A stretch of 64,000 nucleotides of DNA from Eledone cirrhosa (taxonomy: Eukaryota). The position numbers and the translations under genes are program-made. This document shows, piece by piece, positions 13,960 to 25,098 of this stretch. The stretch's first letter is position 1, and each line of letters starts with the position of its first letter. The stretch spans positions 318,742,001 through 318,806,000 of the forward strand of contig OZ024742.1 in the NCBI GenBank assembly GCA_964016885.1, in the 5' to 3' direction. The notes under the pieces are model-generated. The model was given only the letters and a program-made list of their open reading frames with translations, was not told where the DNA came from and did no database searches.

Positions 13960-14265
13960 ATAAAGTGGTAGTGCTAGTGGCATGATAAAATGTACACAGT
14001 CCCCACTGTAAAGTGGTAATATTGGTGCCACAAAAAAAGCACCCAGTCTACCCTGTCAGTTGTTAGTGGTGGTGACACTAGAAAACAAACCTGGTACATT
14101 GCTGTGAAGTGGTTGGTATTAAGAAGAGCATACAGCTTTAGAAACCATGCCAAAATGGAATGTATGAGCAAGATACAGTCATATGACCTGTTTAGCCTTA
14201 GAACATGACAACTTGTTTAACCCATGTAAGCATGGAAAATTAATGTAAAACGATGGTGATGATGA
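13960..14265 (+). mobile_element. Decayed RTE-related 3' module
   Basis: cactgtaaagtgg units; ends cccatgtaagcatggaaaattaatgtaaaacgatggtgatgatgat. Confidence 0.6.
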
Positions 14266-14337
14266 TATATTTTATCCATTGACTACGTTCTTTCATATGA
14301 ATGATTTGACAATCCTGCTGGATGACATCACATGTCA

Positions 14338-14570
14338 TTTTTTTCTTTTCTTCTTCTCCCACCACATATTCCTGGGAGGGTTGTAGAGGAAGAGTCCACA
14401 AACTCACCTTTCAGCAGGTCCTGTCTGAAGCAATCATCTCCAATTGATCCAACTGGATCCTCACACGAGACCAGTTGAACTCATGGATGTTATCAAACCA
14501 CCTTGCTCAGGGTCTACCCCTGGATTGCCTGCTGGTTGGTTTTGCCAATAAAATTTGTCAGTGATTTTTC
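14338..14570 (-). mobile_element. 3' end of a third RTE-like LINE family
   Basis: Reverse-complement homolog of 17420-17620 and homolog of 19985-20200; (TTC)-rich tail on the plus strand. Confidence 0.6.
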
Positions 14571-14961
14571 CTTGTTAAATATGTGTCAGATATATATAAA
14601 TATATATGTTAGTCCCAAAACGTTACAGCTTATTCATTACTAGCTTTATGTTGTTTCAAGTAACAACCAACCATATTCCAATCACTAATGAGGATGAACA
14701 GTGTTGAAACTGGTAACAAAGTTATCTACCCATGGCTTGTCAAAAAATTATATTGTCGTAGTTGTTTAAGCCTAGGGTAACTTTCATAGGATGCCTTTGA
14801 TCAAAGGTTTGCTTTATCTGTCATCATCCTCTCTTTTTTTTTCAGGTTGTGGACTACATTATCCAATGTGTCCATCCATTTTTAAATGGTAAGGTGCAAT
14901 TTAAGAGAGATTTCAGTACTCCTCCTAGCAGGTTGGACATCTCGTCCAAAATATATTTTAA

Positions 14962-15183
14962 CTTTTTAGCATTTAAACAGGCCATATCTGTCCAGAATTA
15001 TCTCACCTCTTTCTGTTCTCAACCGGTCATAACTGGCCACTCATACCGACGTTAAGGTATTGTTCCCAAAATAAATAATATTGAAATCTCATAGATTCGA
15101 TATTATGTGAGATGATTATGTGAGGTAAAGCCTTTACTGTGAAAATATAATAGTAAATAGAGAGTAATGTAAATGCTAAAGGT
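14962..15183 (+). mobile_element. piggyBac-type MITE (family 1)
   Basis: TTAA flanks, near-consensus TIRs and body. Confidence 0.8.
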
Positions 15184-15572
15184 TTAAGCATTGGTTGTTT
15201 AGCCCTAGGTCAGCTTTAATTCAATATCATTAACCATTATCATCCAATTATTATTATTATTATTGTACCAGTAATGTACTGGGTAATTGCTGGCCTTGTG
15301 CCAAAAGTAGAAACAATTATTATTATTGTTCTTGTGAATAATAGGTTTAATCCATGCTCTTATGAAAGGGAGGAAGGTATTCCCAAACCAGAGACTTGAT
15401 TTGAATGCTTGCAACAAAGGAACTCTACTAAAGGTATCCAAATGCCAGGTGATGGTGTTAAACTGACCAATTAATTGTCTTCCATACAAACCTTATATTT
15501 GTCTAATCTACTGCATTTTCTGTCCTATCAACAACAGAGGTCTTTATCAGTCCCATTATCTTTTCTATCACA

Positions 15573-16390
15573 TTTCTCCCTAAAAATGAAAGGCAGGTTG
15601 TATGATGCCTGCATACGAACAGCAATGTTGCATGGCAGTGAGACCTGGGCATTGTGTGCAGAGGATATACGCAGACTAGAGAGGAATGAAGCTTGCATGC
15701 TCCGCTGGATGTGTAATAGTAATATACGTGAACGGCAAAGCATAAACGAACTAAGGGAAAAATTAGAAATAAGAGGGATCAGATGTTGTTTACTCGAGAG
15801 AAGACTACGTTGGTATGGTCACGTGATGCGCATGAAAGACGATAGCTGTATAACAAAGTGCAGGGCAATAAAGATAGACGGTAGCCACGGAATAGGCAGA
15901 CCCAGAAAAACCTGGGACGAGCTGATAAATTCCGACCTCACACACACCTCTCCAAGACAATGTCACTGGACCGAGACCTTTGGCGGTACTCAGTAATAGA
16001 GAAGACCCGCCTTACCTAAATACAAAGTAAAACCTACTACAGTCAGTAGGCATCTCTAACAAAATACACCCCCATCCCACCATCCCCACCCCATCCACAC
16101 CGCCCCTTTCAATGTAAAGTTATGTTGGTGCCACAACATCCAGGCCGAAACAAATGAGTCCACGCTGTAATGTGGCCGTGTAGGCAATGTGGCCGTGTAG
16201 GCAACACGGTAAAAACCTCCCAGCCCCACACTGTAAATGTGGTTGGTGTTAGGAAGGGCATCCAGCTGTAGAAAACCCGCCAGATAGTCCTATGCGAGCA
16301 AGATAATCACTCTTGCTTCAAGTGGGAAAACCCCCGTCCAAACCCATGCAAGCGTGGAACACGGACGTTAAATGATGATGATGATGATGA
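15573..16390 (+). mobile_element. 5'-truncated RTE LINE copy (long-3'-UTR subfamily)
   Basis: Reads [25 protein letters not shown]...[12 protein letters not shown]...GRPRKTW, with a frameshift near the end and a (TGA)n tail. Confidence 0.9.
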
Positions 16391-17419
16391 TTTCTATATA
16401 CTTAAATTCACAAGCTATAAAAGTACAGGCTACTGACAGGTTTATTATTGAACCCATAGCAGCAGAAACATCTGGAATCCAGAGACCCAGATCCATCTCC
16501 CTATTTATTACAACCAGCACAGAGATGGCCATCCATAAGAATGAGCCCTGTGAGTTTGACTAGTTCTTTTAGTATATCTCCATTGCTACTCTCCAGATTA
16601 AAACATTCATAATTCTGTCTGCTGGGACCATGAGGCAACATCCATCTAATTTTTGGCAAAGGACACGAGATGTTAGCGTTATCAATTAGTTGTTTTTTGT
16701 TTGTTTTTTGTTTGACAGTTTTATTTTAAACTGCTTGATGCTAGGCAGACTGTTTCCATTTATACACTACAAATATATTTTGTCTGAATAAAAAATAATC
16801 GTTTCTGATTTAGGCACATGGCCAGCAATTTTGGGGAGGGGAAAGTCGATTAAATTTAACCGGTGCGTTACTGGTACTTTATTTTATCAACCACATAAGG
16901 ATGAAAGGCAAAGTTAAGCTGAATGAAATAATAATATTGGATTATAAACAGACCTATTTTTAGTAAGTTATCAGTTACACAACTTGCCAAAAATATTTGG
17001 CATTATAAGCAAATGTTACTATTATGATAAGAATAGTGGATTGGCAGAATCGGAATATTAGAAAAAATGCGAGCTTGTACTACAGTCACAATCTTGTACT
17101 ACCTTCACAATCCTGTGTACACCAATGCCTTTTGATAGTGTGGGGTGGTGTGTTTGTAGGTTATATCTATTTTGTTTTGTTGTGGAGATTGTTTTGTCCA
17201 TGTTGTTACTTTTGTATTTCATGTTTATGTAGAATATATGCCATATGAATATTATATATATAACATAAGCTATATGAATACCATATAGCGGTATATACTA
17301 TGTAAATACCATACAGAATATATGCTATATTAATATATAAAATATATGCTATGTGAATATTTACATAATATTCACAAAGCATATATTTTATATGAAATAT
17401 ATGCTGGTTCGTTTTGATT

Positions 17420-17620
17420 TTATGGGCAAAAATAACTGACAGGAGACTGAGGGGAAGACCCTGATCAAGATGGTTGGATAACTTCCATGAGCTCAGCTGG
17501 TCTCGCTTGGGGATCTAGCTGGATCAGTTGGAAACAGTTGTTTCTGACAGGACTCACTGGAAGGAGTATTTGAAGACTCTGCCCCAACAACCCTCTCAGA
17601 AGGATGAAGGAGAAAGAAAG
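17420..17620 (+). mobile_element. 3' end of RTE-like LINE (third family)
   Basis: Reads RRLRGRP*SRWLDNFHELSWSRLGI, matching the RTE C-terminal GRP..RW pattern; runs directly into the purine tail. Confidence 0.65.
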
Positions 17621-17906
17621 AAAAAGGAAAAAGGGAAAAAGGGAAAAAGGGAAAAAAGGAAAAAGGAAAAAGGAAAAGGAAAAAGGAAAAAAAAAAAAAA
17701 AGAAACAAGAAAAAGAAAAAGAAGATAAAGAAAAAAGAAAAAAAGAAAAAAAAGAAAAAAAGAAAAAAGAAAAAAAGAAAAAAGAAAAAAAGAAAAAAGA
17801 AAAAAAGAAAAAAGAAAAAAAGAAAAAAGAAAAAAGAAAAAAGAAAAAAGAAAAAAGAAAAAAGAAAAAAGAAAAAAGAAAAAAGAAAAAAGAAAAAGAA
17901 GAAAAG
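17609..17906 (+). repeat. Nearly pure polypurine (GAAAAA/GAAAAAA)n tract
   Basis: Directly visible. Confidence 0.95.
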
Positions 17907-17984
17907 ACGTGAATGTTATATAAAATATATGCTATGTGACTATCACAACATATTTATATTTATGTTAAATATTAGTCTCTGAAT

Positions 17985-18150
17985 CATCAGTGCATTGAAC
18001 AAAATGCCTTGTGGTTGTTAATCTGGCCATTTATGTTCTGAATTCAAATCCTGCTGAGGTTGGCTTTGCCTTTTATCCTTCCGAGGATATAATCAACTTT
18101 CCCCTCTCCCAAAATTGTTGGCTGTGTGCCTAAGTTAGAAGCCATTACTA
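17985..18150 (+). mobile_element. Decayed tRNA-derived SINE
   Basis: aattcaaatcctgctgaggttggctttgccttttatccttccgagg...gtgcctaagttagaa matches the SINE family at 33617. Confidence 0.6.
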
Positions 18151-18249
18151 TTACTACTACTTCAATGATAATGGGGATAGAATTGAAAAATTCCTGTGTG
18201 TGTATGTGGTGGTGGTGGTGATGATGAAATAAGATATTAAGGAACAAGC

Positions 18250-18430
18250 CACACTGTAAATATGGTTGGTGTTAAGAAGGCCATTCAGCTGTAAAAGCCC
18301 TGGCCAAATTTATAATCCTGACAACAAGATAGGGTGTGGCCAATCCTAGCCAGACTTGTCTCTCCATGCAGACAACCCATCAAACCCATGCAAGCATAGA
18401 AAAATGGCCGTAAAACGATGATGATGATGA
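18250..18430 (+). mobile_element. RTE-related 3' module
   Basis: ccacactgtaaatatggttggtgttaagaagg...cccatgcaagcatagaaaaatggccgtaaaac(gat)n. Confidence 0.7.
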
Positions 18431-18492
18431 AGCCTAAAGATTCAATGACTATTGTATCTGGAAGAAAAATCAAACAAACTACATTTTATTTA

Positions 18493-18665
18493 CCATATTT
18501 CCTGGCGTTAAAGATGCTACTTTTTTCCTAAAATAAGTCTCAAAAATCTACCATGCATCCTGGAGGCCGAAGGTTGTTAATTATTTTTTTTTTAAATTTT
18601 TGGTTGTCAAAATTAAGGTGCGTCTTCAAGGACGAAGCGAAGTGTCTTCGCAGGGAAAAATACAG
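18493..18665. mobile_element. Tc1/mariner (pogo/Tc2-like) MITE remnant
   Basis: TA|CCATATTT...AAATACAG|TA; both ends fit CpG-decayed CCGTATTT TIRs with a TA duplication. Confidence 0.55.
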
Positions 18666-19204
18666 TAAGTATATTTGTTAATAAATCAACCAGATCTAAT
18701 GGGGTCAGCTGGTATGATTTGATGGAAACTGGAATGTTATAATAGTAGATATTAAATCAAACTAATATGGTGGACATATTTTTATGGGTAGTCATGAAAG
18801 GGAGTCTTTTTATGATAGTTTTATAACAAAGGAAGTCTTGTTAGTCTACAGGTTTCCTCCCCTCTCAATAGAAGGTTTTGCACATTCTTCTCTCTCCCTC
18901 CATCTCTGCCTATCAATATTTCCCCTTTCTCTTTCTTTATCTCCCTAATTATATCTTATTTGTAACTTGTATTTACTTACACAGTATGCTATGTTCTAAG
19001 TATTTGCTAAAAGGTCAAGCTATCTGTAAAAAGCACAAACGTGTGTCAAGTGATATTTGTGATTGTGTCTTATACTTCTTATCTTTTCAACACAGAATTA
19101 AAATAGTGAAACTCAAATTATGTGTTCATTTTAAAAGTATATACAGAGTTGATAAGCCATGACAGACAAGGAGAGGATTTTAATACCCTATATAATTGGT
19201 TTTA

Positions 19205-19485
19205 CTTTTAGCATAAGTTGATTAAATCGACCCTGTGGTACTTTATTTTATCGACCCCATAAGAATGAAAGGCAAAGCTAACTAAGATCTGAACACAGAA
19301 CGTAAAGGGCCATAACTACATGCCACAAAACATTTTGTCTGATGCTTTATCAATACTGCCAATACCACTTAAAAGAATGAAAGGCAAAGCTAATCTTGGC
19401 AGGATGTGAATACAGAACGTAAAGGGCCATAACTACATGCCACAAAGCATTTTGTCCGACGCTCTATCAATACTGCCAATACTCC
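19205..19485 (-). mobile_element. tRNA-derived SINE with tandem-duplicated 5' half
   Basis: aagaatgaaaggcaaagcta...aatactgccaatac occurs twice (about 19261-19365 and 19374-19483). Confidence 0.75.
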
Positions 19486-19740
19486 TTGGAATTAAGAATC
19501 AAAACCAGAGAGACAAAGAAAGAAAAAAAGGAGGCAAAAGAAACAAAAATAAAAAAAAGGACAGATATAATCAGCTAAATGTTTTTGTTATTGAATCTTT
19601 TTGAAGTATCCATATATTGGAAGATCTTGTTTATGGTTGGTAGATCTTGTTTATGGTTGGTAGATCCTTGACAATGTATTGCAGCTCCTATCTTAGTTTT
19701 AAAAACCAGATTCAGCTATTTTTGCAGTTGATGGTGGAAA

Positions 19741-19922
19741 CCCGTAGCCAGGTTTTCTGACAGGTAATGCCATTCGAATATATGTTAAAACATGGGGATG
19801 CCAAAACAAAATAAAGAAATATTGTTTAGTAAAATATATATTTTATTCTTGTTTGATGGGGATGCCAAAACTAAATTTGCTTTTGATAGGGGATGCCGGG
19901 CATCCCCTTGGCTACGGGCCTG
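19741..19922. mobile_element. Small TIR element (PIF/Harbinger-like MITE)
   Basis: TIR CCCGTAGCCA/TGGCTACGGG; internal ggggatgcc three times, including the hairpin ggggatgccgggcatcccc. Confidence 0.5.
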
Positions 19923-19984
19923 TGATGGTGGCAATGCTGATGCTAGTGTTGTGTTTCAAATCACAGGTGTTATATCATAATACC

Positions 19985-20200
19985 TTTTCTTCTTCATCCA
20001 TTTATTCCTGAAAGGGTCGTGGAGGCAGAGTCATCAAACACTCCTCCAACTGATCTAGCTGGATCCCCAAGCAAAACCAACCAAGCTCCTAGATGTTATC
20101 CAACCATCTTACTCATTGTCTACTCCTGGGTCTCCTACCATTTGGTTTTGCTCGTAAAATCTGTCCAGCAATTCTTTCCTGAGACATTCTAACCACATGC
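19985..20200 (-). mobile_element. 3' end of third RTE-like family
   Basis: Homologous to 14338-14570; the minus strand includes WHVVRMSQERIAGQILRAKPNGRRPRSR. Confidence 0.65.
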
Positions 20201-20376
20201 CAATATCATAATATCAATGTATGAAAATACTATTTGATTATTTAAAAAAAAAACTATTTTCTTAAAGATCCATAAGTATTTGTGAAAATATTATTATTAC
20301 TTTATATTGAATGCAAGCTGTGATTGGGGGCCTGTAGCACAAAGGCCTGCCTGAATAAAATAAATAAATAAATAAA

Positions 20377-20408
<32 letters not shown>

Positions 20409-21087
20409 GGAGGGAGAGGTGAGGGTGAGAGAGAGGGAGGGAGAGGTGAGGGTGAGGGTGAGAGAGAGGGAGGGAGAGGTGAGGGTGAGAAGGGGAGAGA
20501 GAGAGTTCTATATGCATCAGTAAACTAAACTCTTTGTAGGGGCCAGAGTGCTGTGTTGACTCAGGCAAGAAATTGGCAGAATCAGTAGAGCACCAGGCAA
20601 CATTACTGTCATTTCTAACCAAAAGTAAGACATTAATTAAAATAACAAGAGAGCAATGACATTAGCAAAAACAACAACATTAACAAGAACAACATTTATT
20701 CTAATAGACATATGTGTGTGTGAAGTACTGTACAGTTTTATTTATAAACTGCACCAAGAGAGACAACTGTAGACAGGGTACAAGGCATTACACAGCTCTA
20801 TCTCTACTGCAAGACAAACTAGAAATAAGATTTTGATACCACCACTTCTCCCATATGGTGTCTCTAATAGCAAAGGTGGTGTTGGTGGAGGTGTGGGTGG
20901 GGAAGGAGACAGTATAACTGCTACAATATCCCAACCCCACTTTCCTCTTAAATAGGGTGGGGGTGGAGAGGGTGGTGAGACAACATAACTGCTACAATAC
21001 CCCCCCCCCCCCACACACACACTCTTTTCTCTTAAATCAATAAAGTTAATTACTCACCTAGTGGAGTTTGTAGGTAACTACATATTA

Positions 21088-21412
21088 TGAGAGAGAGAGG
21101 GAAGAGTGGGGAGAGAGAGAGAGGAGAGAGGGGAGAGTGGGGAGAGAGAGAGGAGAGAGAGGGGAGAGTGGGGAGAGAGAGGAGGGAGAGTGGGGAGAGT
21201 GGGGAGAGAGAGGAGGGAGAGTGGGGAGAGAGAGAGGAGAGAGTGGGGAGAGAGAGAGGAGAGAGTGGGGAGAGAGAGAGGAGAGAGAGGGGAGAGTGGG
21301 GAGAGAGAGAGGGGAGAGTGGGGAGAAAGAGAGGGGGAGAGAGAGTGGGGAGAGAGAGTGGAGAGAGAGTGGGGAGAGAGAGTGGGGAGAGAGAAAGAAA
21401 GAGGAAGAGAGA
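21088..21412 (+). repeat. G-rich polypurine minisatellite (gagagtggggagagagaga-type units)
   Basis: Directly visible; a similar shorter tract lies at 20393-20505. Confidence 0.95.
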
Positions 21413-21705
21413 AATAAGAAAGTTAAGGTTATTCACAATGCAATTGCAGCCTAACCAAATAGGAAAGAACAGCCAAACTCCCCCTTGATTATTTTGACAA
21501 ATATTTAAACAACCAGTGTCGTCATTAGGAATATGGCAATGAAAGTGTTAATGTCATAACACTCAACACTGTAAGGAAGCAATAACAGGATAGGGGTAGG
21601 GATAAGGGCTGCTGCCACAGGAAACCCAATGGTTTTCTGAGAGAGATGTAGGAGAGGTAGTAGATAGGGCTTTTTCTAGCAATGTCTTCCTCCACCTCTC
21701 TCATA

Positions 21706-21888
21706 TAATTGTTTCTACTATAGGCACAAGGCCAGCAATTACACAGTGCATTACTGGTACTATATTTTATCGACCCCATAAGGATGAAAGGCAAAGTTAA
21801 CCTCGGCGGGATTTGAACTCAGACCGTAAAGAACCGTAACTCTATGCTGCAAAGCATGGCGTCCGACTCTCTACCGATACTGCCAATC
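21706..21888 (-). mobile_element. tRNA-derived SINE, near full length
   Basis: Reverse complement of the 33617/28890 SINE, including B-box gagttcaaatccc. Confidence 0.85.
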
Positions 21889-22313
21889 CATAATGTTGCG
21901 ATAGATGGGAATGAAAGAAGGAAAAAAGAAAAGAAGGGAGGAAGAAGGCAAGTAACCCTATTCTACTACAATCTCACAAAACCAACGAGTCTCTAGGTGG
22001 TCGTTTGATAGGCTAGAAATAGCAGCCAGAAACTTCAAAAAATGTCTCATGATGTCCTGACATGAGGGCAATTGCAGCCTACCCCCTCAAATCATATCCC
22101 ACCATGCCCTTAAACAAGGGCAATAGCAGCCCACCCCCTCAAATCATGCCCGACCATACCCCGAAATGAGGGCATATTAGATAAAGTAGTCTTCCATATG
22201 CACTAAAAAGATGGAATTGTTTTGATTATAGGTCTGCTTGATCAAAGTTGGTCTGGGGCTAAACAATCACCTATTACCCTCGCCCCCGTCACCATAACTG
22301 TTATGCATATATA

Positions 22314-22744
22314 TCTTTATATACTACTAAAACTCTGTGATTGTGTGCTTGTCTGTAATGTAATACAGCCAAAATGGCGCAGAATGGGAAAATACTTTGA
22401 AAGGAAGTTGCCCCTGAAATGGGAATACAAATGGAATAAAACAAGTTTCGCGTAAATCGGTGCACGGGTTCCCTAGATACGGGGTTTTACCGAGTACCTT
22501 CAATAAATAGATAGAAAGAGAGTGGTTTTGAGAGAGTAGCGAATATTTCCTGCTAAATAAGAAAGAGGTGTGTGTGTGTGTGTGTGTGTGTAGGTCACCC
22601 CCCCCCCCCCCCCATATATATATATATATATGCCTTCCAATTTCATTTTACATTATATACATGTCTGTGTATATTTTAATTATTAAACATTTAAAAAAAA
22701 AACATTTTAAGTGAACGTGACCCAATAGGTCATGTGTGGTCTAG
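22314..22744 (+). mobile_element. Non-autonomous Helitron-like element
   Basis: A|TCTTTATATAC start; subterminal hairpin acgtgacc-caata-ggtcatgt; CTAG|T end. Confidence 0.65.
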
Positions 22745-22840
22745 TTATATTTTAGAAAGGACTTCTACAGCAGTGCTACTCAAAGTGGTGGTCCGCGGAC
22801 CGGTGCCGGTATGCGAGCCATCAGCTACCGGTATGCGTGA

Positions 22841-23158
22841 CTTAAGTGTCAGTATGGAGGATAAATTGTTGGAGCTGGCTACTGATGGAGGATTGAAGAG
22901 GAGTTTTGAAACTACAACATCACTTGGTTCATTTGGGATAGAAGTGAAAGCAGAAAGCTTAGTGAAATTGCTCTGAAAACTCTTCTCCCATTTCCTTTAA
23001 CATACCTCTGCAAGACTGGCTTCTCAACCATGAGTGTTATTAAGATAAAGTACAGGAATAATATGGATATTCATTCTCCATTGCGCGTGACACTGTCTTC
23101 AATTGAACCACGACTGGATAAACTGACAAAGAAGAAGCAGACCCACCTTTCACACTAG
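22841..23158 (+). pseudogene. hAT/Buster-type transposase C-terminal dimerisation region (frameshifted remnant)
   Basis: Reads EDKLLELATDGGLKRSF...LGSF, then after a frameshift LSEIALKTLLPFPLTYLCKTGFSTMSVIKIKYRNNMDIHSPLRVTLSSIEPRLDKLTKKKQTHLSH*. This is the LLPF.TTYLCE.GFS...K.KYRN...Q.H.SH signature of Charlie/Buster transposases. Confidence 0.85.
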
Positions 23159-23267
23159 TAAAGATTAAGGTTATATAATTCTTATTTTTGTGTGAATAAA
23201 CTGCTCCTTATTTTTTTATTACTTTTTTTATATGTTTTGATATTGTATTATTTGTTTACAAAATAAA

Positions 23268-23640
23268 TCTTTATATATATAAAGCGATGTGTGTGTGTCT
23301 GTGTACAACTTTGGATACCTAAGGCTTTTACAATTACCAACTGAATTTGACCAAATTTTCGGTGCACGTTGCACAGGTCGCTAAGATGGTTACATCACAA
23401 ACATTTTTCAAATCGACCCACGTTGAGCAATAAACAATCGATAGCAAAATTGATGTAAGGGAGATAACCAACTTTATTGACAATCCTTATAAAAAAAGGG
23501 AGATAACCAACTTTATTGACAATCCTTATAAAGAGACTGCTTATTTTGACAGGTTGGGGACAAATAATGTTCTTTTACTTCCTAGCTGTATATTCTTAGC
23601 ATAATTTCAAACCCCGAGCAACGCCGGATAAAACTGCTAG
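23268..23640 (+). mobile_element. Non-autonomous Helitron-like element nested in the hAT
   Basis: A|TCTTTATATA start; ccccgagcaacgccgg hairpin; CTAG|T end; internal ~35-bp direct duplication (gggagataaccaactttattgacaatccttataaa). Confidence 0.8.
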
Positions 23641-23980
23641 TAGAAGATAAAAAAATGGTCAACTTTTATTATATTCATTATATATATCGTTTCCGGTATA
23701 AATTAATATTACTACGAAATATTAGCGATTCGTGGCACATTGAAAAAAAAATGCCGGTCCGCCACATCAGATAGTTTGAGAAGCAGGACTAGAACTGTTT
23801 CACTCATAAGAAATCATCAGGAAATAAAGAAGCCTGTACTCTACTAAAGCATTGAGTACCTTTTTAACTGTGGTTACTCCCAGATACATCGGAGTGGAGG
23901 GGGCGACCACGTACGTACGTGCGTGCGTGTGTGAACCCGGGATAAACATATATATACATACATACATATATACACACTCA

Positions 23981-24056
23981 CAGGGTGTTCCAAAAGAATG
24001 TATACATACTTCAACAGCATTCTAATAAATATATGTATACATTTTTGGGTACACCT
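23981..24056. mobile_element. Tiny mariner-like foldback remnant
   Basis: cagggtgttccaaaagaatgtataca ... tgtatacatttttgggtacacct is an imperfect inverted repeat. Confidence 0.4.
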
Positions 24057-24319
24057 ACCTCCAAACACACCCTTTCCAAAGTTTCTCAGCTACCTTGACC
24101 TGGTTTCTACATTTTGAAACAATGGAAATGATTTGTATTTGACAGAAGTATATGTGTGTGTGTGTAAATGTGTATTGTATGTGTTTGAGTGCTGTATGTG
24201 TATGTGTGTGTTAGGGTTAAGGTTATGACTGTGTGGGAGATGAGCCATACTTAGCATTTTTACATTCTGTTAATGCTTTGATGTTTTATTCACATCCTGT
24301 GTATGTCTGTGTAAAAATC

Positions 24320-24592
24320 TGTGTGTGTGTGTGTGTGTGTATGTATGTGTGTGTGTGTATGTGCATGTTTTTGTGTGCATGATGACCTATGTTTGTGTCT
24401 GTATGTTTGTGTGTGTGTGTATGCGTGTATGTTTGGGTGTGTGCATGTTTGTGCATGCATGCATGTCTAAGTGCATGCACACGTTTGCGTGCATGCGCAT
24501 GTTTGCGTGCATATACTCATTTGTGTGCATGCACATGTTTGTGTGTATGCAGGTTTTCATGTATATTTATGTTTGTGCATGTTTGTATGTAT
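24320..24592. repeat. Degenerate (TG)n tract
   Basis: Directly visible. Confidence 0.9.
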
Positions 24593-25098
24593 ATGCTGAC
24601 TAACAAGTTAACAGAGCTTTAATCAGAGTTCACCAAAACCCAACAGAAACTTCAACTGAAGAAGCAAATTAAGAAAATAAACAACTAAATCATAACAGGT
24701 TCAACTTTTGAAGTCAATAACATGTGTACCAGTAATTACACTGATACCAATAAATTCATGGTCTTCTAACAATATAAGAAATCATTATTACTGATAAAAT
24801 AAAGTACCAGTAATGCACGAGGATGATTCCTGGCCTTGTGCCAAAAAGTAGAAACAGTTATTACAAAACAATTTTAATTAGGTTTTTTTTATTTATTTTC
24901 TTTGTAAGGTGTGGTTTTCTGTATAAATTTTCAGATTTTTCGCTCAGTAATGACCTCTTAACCTCCATATAGTATATCTAGGCCAAATAATTTTGGCAGA
25001 GTCCATTATTCTCTTAACTCATACCTACAACTCTACATGAACTCACCTATGGTTACCAGCTAAATAACTTCACAGTTCTGCAGTTCCAATAAATAAAC

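Larger units (their letters stand above)
22771..23787 (+). mobile_element. Internally deleted hAT (Charlie/Buster-type) transposon
   Basis: Left TIR CAGTGCTACTCAAAGT, right end tttgagaagca, subterminal ccggtcc motifs; contains a transposase C-terminus. Confidence 0.85.

Noticed and set aside
14684-14722. Hammerhead-like ctaatgag...gaaactggta
   Set aside because: The core has a mismatch and there is no stem I pairing.
17528-17912. Lys/Glu-rich proteins (also Arg/Glu/Gly-rich ORFs at 21087-21488)
   Set aside because: Translations of polypurine repeats.
23870-23946. Twister-like agtggagggggcg and cccgggataaa
   Set aside because: The required P1/P2 partner strands and loop are absent and the order is wrong; likely coincidence.
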